From: a virus
Strand: one strand, 5' to 3'
Length of the DNA: 64,000 nucleotides
IMG/VR virus record: IMGVR_UViG_3300025769_010106
Location: 44,480 to 108,479 of that record
In this document: positions 28,126 to 40,100 of the stretch, piece after piece
Layout: every line of letters starts with the position of its first letter
Position numbering within the stretch: position 1 is the first letter of the stretch
The notes under the pieces: model-generated
What the model was told of the DNA's origin: nothing
The model's database searches: none
Seen by the model: the letters and a program-made list of their open reading frames with translations, nothing else
Position numbers and translations under genes: made by a program

Positions 28126-31100
28126 TTATTCTCTGATTTCAACATAATCTTCTTCAACATAATCAGCAGCAACATATCGAGGACTATCTAGTTCACGTAA
28201 ATAATTACCAACTGTAGCTTCTTTATCCTTAAGGAAGTTTGCGTTAATTGTAGAAGAGGATTGCAAACCTAAACCATTTGCTGCTGTTGTAGATCCTTGA
28301 GTATACCAAACTTTAGTATGGGTACTAGTGTCTGGTAATTCCTGTGCAAGACTACCATCAATTACAGGAGTCATCTTTCTGTGAATTGGGAAAAATGAAG
28401 TTCCACTAGTTCCTCGTCTAAAATTCGTTATATAATTGTCTTCATAACTTATTTCCCAATAAGTGACTCGTTCTGCACCTATATATACAACGCCAGGTTG
28501 TTTGTCATTTACCCTTGCCAATGGCAACTTAGTTGCATCTTGTACATATATTTTAGTATCAGTTGGTAACAGATCCTTAGCAAGCTCTGTCCTGAAGTCC
28601 TTCGCAAGTCTTCTATATTCCCATTCACCTAACATATTATTCAAAATTCTGAAACCAACTGTTGGTTGAATAACATTTTCACTAAAGCTAGTAATTACTA
28701 TTATACTATTAGATGTTACACTCTGCCCAGATAGACTTACTTTATTATTACCAACAATTGTGTATTCACCAGCATGCAGTTTGACGCCATTGAGTGTTAC
28801 CCACAGGTAGTTAGTGTTAGTAATATTCCTATCCATAGTGTATTCAAAAGTGCTTAGTCCAGATATAGCTGTTCCATCAAATCCCGAACTATCAAATATT
28901 ACATCATCAAATCCTACTTCTGAACTAACAATTTCACTTCCTAGTCCTTCAAATACCTTGGTTTGAATTCTTAAAGGATTATGATTAGCAAAACTAGTAA
29001 CATATAACTTATCCCCGTTACTAAATGAAACAGTGTCATCCAAAGTGATTATATTACCATCAATTTGATAATCACCAGTTCGGACACTTACAATAACTGT
29101 ATCTCCAGTACTGGGCGGATTGAAAAACTCAATAGTTCTAACACTGCTGCCATCTGATGGATTGACAAAATAGTCTATATTTGGTGTTTTATTGGTAACA
29201 GGATTAAGAGTGCTTCTATCGTCAGGACTTATAACAGTTACTCTAATATCACCATCTGCAAGTGTTGGCAATTCTCCCGCTGTAGTAGGTATACTATAAA
29301 CTAAAGTACTACCATCAGCAACATAATGTTTTGCATTACTTGGACGTAATCTTAAATTACCAAGTTCTACTACTACATTACCCTCAAATGGCTGAGTGTA
29401 TTGTATTGTTTTTTCTAGATCATATGTTTTTGTTCCGGATACCAATGTAATTTCCTGAGTATAAACCTCAGTCCATGCCTGTCTGCTTTCATCCTGATCA
29501 TACATAAAGACATGTATATGATCACTATTAGCAGGTACATCAGTAAACTGTAAAAGAACTTTGTTATCACTGTCATTAACAGTGTAATCAATACCCTTAA
29601 CTAATCTTATACCATTTTTAAGTACAAGTTGTTGATCAGCATTGGCAATTGGTATACCGGAAACAAATCCTGCTGTGCTTCCGTCACCAATAAATGTCTC
29701 CTCGTGAGACATTTTTTCACCTGTAACACCAAATCCATAAATGTAAACTGCACTACCAGCAGCTGGAGTATTTTCTAGTGTTACTGTTCTATCAAAATAA
29801 TCAAGGGTAAGATTGCGTTGTGGTGTAGCACCTACCCAAACTCTAATAAAATCCACATCTTCTTTTGCTTGACTGCTGGCAAAACTAAATGTTTTTGTTG
29901 ATCCATCAGCAGAATAAACTTTACTAATAACCTCAAAGCTGCTGCCGTCATACTCGAAGTCATTACTAGGATCAGTATAAACTTCCATGTCAAGGGTATC
30001 AAAAATAATTCCTGGTATAACCTCTTCTGGAGCATGACTATTATAGACATCAACAAACTTGCCACCGTCAATGTTTATATCTTCTGGGCGAGTTCCCAGA
30101 GCTAAATCCGCAAAGGTTCCTCTTATTATAGTATCTAATGAGCTTGTCCCACTTAAAACTGCAAGTCCGTCAGTATCAATGTCAAAATCATCATAGCCTA
30201 TAGTATCAAAATTACCCTGATCAAACCCAGGCTCTAAATCAAACCCAGCACCAGTTACTCTATTTCCAGTATAATCAGTACCTAGCTGTAGAAGATTAAG
30301 ATCGTCACCTAGCATACCAGATGTTGGTGCATAATAAGCTGCTATCCTGTCCGCATTAGAGGCTAATAACTCATCGCTGTATACTTCAAGTACTGTCGTT
30401 CCATTGGAAATTTCAGTACTAAATGTTGACCCGCTAGTAAATCCACCAGTAACAATACACTTATAAACTTCCTGCTCACCGCTAGTATTATTTTTATATG
30501 AGATAATATCTTCATAAGCATATGTTGTATTGGCAGTCCAGTCTTTTACTATAGAACTATAGGTAATTCTATCAAACTTAATGGTGACATCAAACTCTCT
30601 TGATGTTATATTTTCCATGCGTGGGGCTATAATACAACCCGTTCCTGCACCAGTAATAGTGATGGTTGGAGTTCTAGTATACCCACTACCGTTTTCTAGT
30701 AGGATAACTTCAATAATTTTATCTGAATTTGTTCTTGCTCTCGCAGTTGCAGTAACACCGCCTGGAAGATCAGGTGCACTGATAGTTATAGAAGGATCAA
30801 TAATATATCCAGTGCCCTGATTAAGAATTACTAAACTACTAACTCTAAGACTATAATTGTCATTCCAAGGTTTATTAAGTCCTTGTTTTTGAAGTATCTC
30901 ATCTCCGGAGTAATCGCCACTTGGTTTTCTAAAATATTGAAGCTTCTCATCATAAAAAGCATGAACATCAAAGTCTGTTATGTCACCACCAAAGGTATCT
31001 GTTCCATTGAATTTTGTAATATATTCGCGAATCTTTGTCTTATAAGGTTTAACTTCGTTAATATATGATTCAATAAACTGACTATTATCGCTTTTATATG

Positions 31101-34100
31101 TAGGATACTGATTTAGATTTCTTAATTTATGGATAACTTTTAAGAAGCTAGTTTTGAAAATCCAATCTGTTATACCAGTGTCTTCACTGAGTACATATTC
31201 AATTAATCTAAAAAATAACTTGTTCAAATGTATACTTAGATCATCAACAAATATTTCATCCTTTATTGCTGTAAGAATACTTCTTATCTCAGTAAAAGGA
31301 ACATTATCATAATACTTAAAGTCAAATATATCATCGTCAAACCCAACATTCCTTGTAAAATCTGAGGTCGAGAATGTATACAAACTACTGTTTAATTCTA
31401 CTGTTCCGTTTTCAATAATAACTTCTTTCCAGGTATTAGATCTTGTATATTCAAAGAAGCTAAAGTTTCCGTCGTCATTAGTTAAAACTTTTGCTGTCTG
31501 ACCCACACTAGCATCCAAAGTAAGAAGTTCAGGTTCATTTTTCACTTGATAATGAGGAATTGTAGTTTGGTTATATCCTTCAGCATACCATGTTTTATAT
31601 GACCAATATCCACTTGTAGTAAAAGACTGCACCTTAGTAAGGAACCAGGTCTTGTCTGCCTTTAAGGTGTAAATTGTCCAATTATTATCTAATGATTCAT
31701 CTTTATCTACAAGAACGTTATATCCAGTAGACAGAGTGTTTACGTTTAAATAATCTCTTTCATCAATATTGTTGACCTTTTTATCCCATTCACCACTTTG
31801 TGAAGTAGGCTGGAGTTGACTTGAGAACAGACCAGTAAGTGGTGATTGTCTAACTATTGGTATCGTTTTAAAGACATCGTTACAATAATCAACAGCTATT
31901 TTAATAGCCATTCTCCTATTCTTTAGTAGTGTTTGTCTTGGTCTTATGAATATACCATACCTGTTAAACTCATTTAATGTAGGATCTGGAATAATGTTTC
32001 CTGTCGCGTCTGTTCCAGCCATACTGTCTACTAGCTTATTCCAAATTTTAGATGGAATTTTTTGTGCACTATCTCCCTCAGAAACAATATCAAATTCACT
32101 GTGAAGAATTCCTTCATTGGGAACAACATCATAGTTAATACTCAATACAGTATTGTCGCCACTAATATTTTCTTTTACATTTGTAAGAGAAAGTGCGCTC
32201 TGAGATAAGAAACTAACAAACTTAATTCCTTGACCTTTAGGGTCTGCAATAAGGTTAGCAACTGATTGTATACTAATGTTCCTAAAATCTGCTTCTGGAA
32301 CACTGAGTTTTCCTTTTACCCAGAAATAATATTTTGTTGTTGTACTATTAGTAGCCGTGTTATATTGTTGAGTTGAGCTATAATAGGTGTCATCTTCATG
32401 TTTTGGTGTTCCTTCATATCCCGCTGCAATATATTCACTGGGCAACACATCACTTTCTACCCATTCATATACGTCAATTGAGCTGCCAGGAAAGAATTGC
32501 CCCCAATGATTTGCCCTGTAATCTATATCGCCTTGTTCATATTCTATAATTGAACAGGTTTGCAGATCCCACCAAACTTTGCCAATATACTCATTATCCC
32601 ATGAACGCCCACTACTGTTGTCAGGACTTGTGGTATAGGCTGCTGGATCATATGGTGTCATATAGTTAATTTCAGCTTCAGCTTGTCCTACAAGTTTACC
32701 CTTATAAGGATCAATATAGTCAAGGAAATTTGTAACTATATCATTACTACGATCGTAAAGTATTGTACGATTTATTAGACCTATATCAACTTTCTCAACT
32801 TCATTTCTATAAAGCTGCCAGCCTTTCTTACGCAATGGATTAACAAATTCATAAACTGTGCCACTATTAACTGCTGAAGTATCATCTAATCTTGATCCAA
32901 CAAAAAGTTTAGAATCCATATATGCTACACTGTAACCAAATTGATCCAAATAACTTATGTCGTCACTTTGAAGTTGCTGTATAAACCCATATTTGAAAGG
33001 ATTAGTAATACTCGCAGTACCAGAGGGTAGTAGTTGTTCAAATGTATAAACTGCTCCACTCTGTGTCTTTCTATCAATAAACGTTGTACTGTCTGAATCA
33101 AAGGTTGTCAAGTATTTGCCGTAATTAACGCTAGTGGTGTCATTGTCTAAATCAAATCTTGTACGTGATAGCGTACTTGCTACATCACTAGTAATAACTA
33201 ATTCTTGCAGACTTAAATAACCATTATTTTCAAACTTGTTAAAGGCGATTGCGGTACCAAAGTTTTCATTTTCAAATCCGGCTGGATGATTGATTTTCTG
33301 CACTAGCCTAAATGGTGTTATTTTACTTGTCTTAAAACTAGACCCAACGCCTGGTCTAATTCTCATTAACCTATTAGTTGTATTATTCGCACTGCTTATG
33401 TAAGCATTACTGCCTACAAGAGATGTACTTATATTAACAATATTAGCATTAGCAATATCAGAAACCAATTTAGCTTGATCATTACTTGTAGATGACATTG
33501 TAACTTTAAAGTCATCTACATAAATTGTGTCCCCGCTGGTTACAGAAAATCCTGACTCTGTTGTTATGTTACCAAACTTCATTCCAGAATCAGCAAATAG
33601 GAATACACTTCCTGTGTTAGGATTAAGTTCATCTTCTCCAGGTGCGCCTATAGCTATAATAGATCCATAAGCATCTATTGCCACACTTCTTCCAAAATTT
33701 TCACTGTCTGATGGCGCCTGATCTGTTAAATTTTGATCTATCTTTTGTACTTCTTTGTATGTGCCTGTAAATATTCTTACCGTACTACCAGCGGTTGGTG
33801 TATATCTAAATGTAATGGTGTTGCTTGAAACACTATAATAGTTTATACTACTTCCATCACCATCATCAGGGTCTGTTATTGAGGTAAGTGTTTGTAAAAC
33901 TCCGTCAACTTCTACATAAAACTTACCTGGAAGATTGGTTTCTGTAGTGAACGATTTAGTAGTACCATTACAACTAAATGCTTCTACTGTCATATTAAAA
34001 ACATACGCTTCACCTGCGTCTTGATATACCGTACTTGCAGAGTTTGCAACTTCTGCATAAGGGGCGCCAACAACAAGTGTTCTACCACTGTTGTCAATAT

Positions 34101-37100
34101 CAATTGATTCTCCGAACCTATCTCCACTCATAGAATCACTACCAGTAATAGTTTCTATTAATTGATAATGAGTCTCCTGTCTAACAACAACTTTTAGACC
34201 GTTTGCTGGAATTGATGTAAAAGTAATATTATTACCGCTAAGTGTGTAATCTAAGTAGGGGAAATAAGTTTTACCCAAGGTGTCTTGTAAATATATACTG
34301 TTAACACTTAAAGGCGTAAAGTTTAATGTAAATGTGGCAGTAATCCCATCACCACTAATATTATCTATACTATTCTTATTTGTAGCAATATCATTTAAAG
34401 CATATACATACACTGTATTTGTACCAGGGGCACTAACAAACATATAACGATCATCTTTTGAAATTTTAATCTGTGTACCAAATTGTGCGCCTGAGGCTAT
34501 ACCATTAATTGATATTGCTTGCGTTTGAATATAAGATCCGGCTCCCTGATTTTTGAAAACAGTTACATAACCCTTTGAACTATTACTAGAAGGAGCACCA
34601 ACAGCACCGTATGATCCACCTAACCCTAAACCGGTACCAAAATCATCTACAAGTCCGCTCTTATCACTTAGTGTGATAATTCCAGTTTCAATGAAAGAAT
34701 TACTTTCATCAATAGCAAAAAATGTCGCAGAACCTGTTCCGTCATTGGGGGCGCCACTAGCAGCGGTTATACCTTGATTGCCTATAGCAATACTGTGGCC
34801 TAGATAAGCATTTCCTATCTTGCTATTAAGGGTTTTAAATGTTTGCTTGGCCCAGGGTTCATCTTTCTTATACACTGCCCATTTACTATTCGAATCATCA
34901 TCAATCCAAACAAGCTCATTTTTATTCCATCCAAAAGCTGGTGTGCTGGAAGTTATATCTGATAGGCTTGAAAATCTTGATCTTGTTAATTTAAACACAG
35001 GATCTCTTAGTTGCTGACGCTCTATTTCTATATCGGATTTAACAACAAAGCTATTTGGTGATGGTATACTGTCTATTTGATAAAAGCCTGAATATACATC
35101 TGTTGTTTTAATTAATACTTGTTGACTTAGTTTAAAGCCGTGATTTCCACTTGTTTTAAACGTAATAAATCCGTTAGTACTTGATACAGCACTAGTAATT
35201 TCAACAGTTGTTTCTGAAACTCTGTATACAGTCCAATCAGGAGAAACATTTTCATCTCCAGGACTTCTAGCTATCCAGATCTTTTTGCCTCTGCCTATCT
35301 TGTTGATTGATTGATTTAAATTTTTTAAATCTGTTGATGCCCACACTGTAAAGTCAATATCATCTAGTCTAGGATATCCAGCAGAAGTTAAATCACTATT
35401 TGGTGTATATGCAGACCGTACATTTAAAAACTTATTAGAATATTCGTTAGGAACAGTAAGTAAATCTTTTTTCAATAATGAAATATAGTCTTGATTAGTT
35501 TTCTGTGTGCTATCAGCTAATAGTTCAATAATGACTGGGTTATTCTCTTTCTTAGATTCTTTAACAATGAAAGATATAACCTGGTTACTGTCTATGCTTC
35601 CAAATTCACCAACTCTAAATCCCCATTCTTCATAGAAATTTATTTCCTGATCAACGTTAGTTAGATTAGCTTTAACTAATTTGTTTATACTTTCCTGAGT
35701 ACCCTTAGTTTTTAATAAACCTTGATAAAACTTTACTTGGCTTACATCGTCCAAGCCTAGATTTTCTAAATATCCTCTGCTCCTAAAACCAATTAAACCT
35801 TTAGCTGCTTTTGAAGTTCCAACCTCTAAATTCACCTTGTTAACATCAAAGAATTCGTTAAAACTCTCAGCCTTAGTAGCAATATTAGGAAGTAGACCAT
35901 TGGTCATGTACTCATTAACTACCCAATCGTTATAGTCAAAGACTGTCTTTCCGCCATGATTAACTTTTGCTGCATATACCTTGTCTCGGAAACTTACATA
36001 GTCACCTTTTTTATAGTCTTTATTTTGCTGCCATATTTCAAATTTATTGTCGTTAAAAATATAACCGGGTGCATGTAATGTACCATTCCATTGGCCAGCC
36101 TTGAATCCTACTAGTTTTACTCTATCCTGTCTATTTCCTAGCTCAGGTTGATATACTATGTCATTAAAAATAGTTTTGTTATCAAGAACAACATAATGTT
36201 CATATTGAATAGGACTTACATTTGCACTATACAACACATTTTGATCTGTATTTACAGTGATAGTAGTTTGATTATCTATTCGTGATACATTATAGTTTGA
36301 TTTACGTATGGATGCACTATTCTGATCCTTTAAAGTATTTGATTTAGAAAAGTCATCAGTCGTTGTAAATGGTCTTTCGATCTCCAAATAATCATAGGCA
36401 GGACTAATTGCTAATACACTACCAATAGGCCAATTTTGATCTGTCCAAAACAGGAATTCCCTTGCCCCAAGAATAAAATCTTGCGGTTCGCCTTTTTCTG
36501 TTACACTCTCAAATTTCATACCTTTGGCATTTAAATACCTTTGATAAGCATTTAAGAAATCAGCAACCTGTCCCTTGGATTTGAGTACTGTCCCGTAGGG
36601 AACATCTGCGTAAGCATCCATAAAATTCTTAAAAATTTTAATTGATTGATTACCAACAGTTACAGTTGTTGTATCAGTTCCACGTACACTTGGCACTATT
36701 CTAAAAAACGGATTTTCTATATCGTAACCTGTTATCTTATATCCACTATGTACAATCGAAATTTTTACGCCGGAGTAAATTACTCTTTCTAATGGATTAG
36801 ATTTATGCATTATAAGGTTATAGTTTTCGTCTGGCAAAAATATTGTTTTGTTACTGCTCGATGGCGTAGCCTGCTCGGATATAATTTTTAGATACTTTTT
36901 ATCACTAAATCCTGATAGTTGATACATTAGATTTAGTGTTAAGTTTCTAATTCTAGTTTGAGTATCAGCAATAGACAAACCACGATTTACTATGTAGTTG
37001 TAGATAAATTGGTTATATCCCTCTACTCGATTTACTTCAGTAGTATTTTCTTTTGCAACACCGTGTATATAGAAATCACCTAACTTTGGTCTATAGCTTT

Positions 37101-40100
37101 TGTCTGTTTTTATTATCTGAGAATACTCTGTCTGTTTGCTATAAAGTCCAGTATCAAACATCAAACTTAGATATTTTGCTGGCTTTTTGATAGCACTAAT
37201 TATTTGTATTGCAAATGGCCATTCACTTGACCTTCTCCAAGCAGTCTCCTGAGGACTATAATCACCAAAACGCCATGCATCATCGCTATTCGCAGAAGTT
37301 ACATCCTTGATTAAGAATTCGGTGGGAGAGCGTAAACGACCTTGATCATCGACTGGAATATAATCTAATAATTCAGGCTTTTTATAATTGTTATTAACAG
37401 TATAGGTATCAGTAACTGCGCTAGAATATACTTTTCCGTCTCTAATGTCTTCCCATAAAATATTATTACCGCGAGTATATGGTGCAACACCGTACCTATC
37501 GTCCCACCAACTTGGTTTTTGACTATGCCCTAACATTTCCCATGGAGTTAAATGTGGAGTATCAGTATCATAAAACCATTTGTATATTCCTCTCCAGAAA
37601 CCCGGAACTCTACGACCTTCTAATTTGGTTGTACCATTAGTGTGATTCCATGAAAATTGATTAGTCTCATTCCATGTAGTATTTTCAACTGTATCAACTC
37701 TATTTTTGATAGCCCATTTACCATACAAACTTCTTATTATTGAAAGTTCGCGACTTAGTGATACAGAGCTGTTGGGTCTCCAATAACCTGAAAGCACTGA
37801 GTCAAAATCAAATAAATCATTTCTAAACTGTGTCTTAATATTGTTATAAACACGCTTTTCAAATTCAAGTATAACGTCGTCTCTTATGTCTCCATAAGTT
37901 GCCCAAATACTTCCATCATGTCCTTGTAATACTTCTTTTGGCACACTGTAGGTATTATCAATATATTTACGAGGTGTATACTTTTTCCACAATCCTAATT
38001 TAGTAGGAGTTGGAGGCACGAAACTTCCATCTGTATTAGTGTATTCTCTAATTTCAAATTTATCATTAAGAAAAGTGACAAAACTATCATTTAAAATAAA
38101 CGCGGCATTAATAGTATCAAAGGTATAGTCTACACCTTCGAGCAGTTGTGTTTTAACATTATTTCTTATATGATAGATAATTACTGCTCTTTGACTTATG
38201 CTAGTTAAGTCAAATTGACTACCGAATTCATATACTCTTTCTTTGATATCTTCAACTGTTAAATTAACAGTAGAAAAAGTATTGCCCCAAGGTACCATAT
38301 CAGAATAATAGAAGGGGAAAGATACTGTTTTGTTATTGACCATAAACAAGAGAATATCATCAACACATTTCGTTATATTTCTATAGTCAAGATCTAACTT
38401 ATCTATATTCTCTATAAACCTATTCTTGAATCTAGTATATTCCTCCATACTATAAATTAGACTATCAATTATATTAGCTTCATCGCTAGTAATGAGATAT
38501 TGTCCTAATATAGCACCAGCACTGTGCTGTAAAATTTTTCCAGGATATACTCTGTAATTTAAATCTCTTATATTATTTGATCCTAAACTACTACCCTCAA
38601 ATTCTTTAATGTTGTTGGTTATTATAATTAAATGATTGCGAATTTGACCTAGTGATAGATTTTCAAAATCATCATTGTTAGCATTATTTTCTATATTTTT
38701 TGGTATCTCGAAGTACCCATTTTCAATTATTGTATCTGAAAATACACGTAATGTTACAACATCATTTTTAGTTAACGACTTTTTGAACACAACATAGTAT
38801 TTCTCATTCTGATTTAAAATACTGTATTGATTGTTTGATATAAAGTTACTGTTAACAAAAACCTGTAGGCTGCTTGTTACAGTGTCTTTAGGTTTCGCTC
38901 CAATTTCAAAGGTATAAAGTTCAGAGGCAACAGTATATGTTACTATTTGAAACTGCTTGCTATCTTCTAGTACCTGTGTCCAACCATTCAATAGACTTCT
39001 TTTATTTGTCTTTTTGTCTATGTAATGAACGTGGCCACTTCTTACAATAACTTTGGTTAACCCTGTATTTTTTACATATGTAAATGTATCTTTTATATAA
39101 TTGTTCTCAAAAACAATGTCACCAATGTTTTCAAAATTATTATAGGTTAAACCAAATTCTAAAACCTGATCAGTTGCTGCATTACTGTTTCGTTTGTAGC
39201 TAAAAAGTTTACAACCAGAAAAAGTTGAGCTTGGATAGACACTGGTATCTCCAAAACTTTTATGATTGCCGTCAAATACATCAAACAATGGTTCTTGATT
39301 AATCTTGGTTTTCTGTTGTGCTCTGAGCCACGTGCTGTTCTTATAATAAAAAACTACGCCTTGATTTTTAGCACCAAGTATACTTGTTACATTACTGTCA
39401 TTAGGCACAGTGCCTATTTGAACAAGGTTTATAATTTTTCTTGTATTAGCATTAGCATCTTCGTCAATAAAATCTACTCTAAAAATCTTGTTCTTTAAAT
39501 CTGGATCAGCCGTGAATATAACTGTCATCTGAGGCAATAGATCTATACTGTCACTAAAGTAACCGGTCTGACCATTTACATTTGACAGAGCATCTGTTTC
39601 AGTAACATCAACTACAGATACAGGATCAATACTATAAACGCCATAGTTAAAGAGGGACAAGTTTGGAGTGAATTCAATAATTGGCCGTTTAGCTCTTGCA
39701 GTATCATCCACAGCAGGCGTAAACTTATTATATTTGGCGGTTGCTTCAATAACCTGTCTATGAAACCATCTATTTCCTCTTGCCCAAGCATTGTTATCAA
39801 CACAACTCCTGTTGGCAACTATATAGTCTTGCAATACTGGACTGTTTGAACTACCATCATAGTTTGTTGAATCAAAGACTACACTATCATAAGGTTCTTC
39901 CAGGGTTTCTGTAAAAGGCTCTGGTGTAGTTAAACTTTTTGCTAGAGTCAAAGTAATTGAAGACCCAACTCCTTCAACATAATAAGTTTTGTTTTGATAA
40001 CTGGTTGGTGTAACGGTTGTGTCAAACTCTATTTTAAGGCCATTAGTAAAAATGACACCATTGGGACTTGTATAATTTTCTTTTCCTAGAACATCATTAA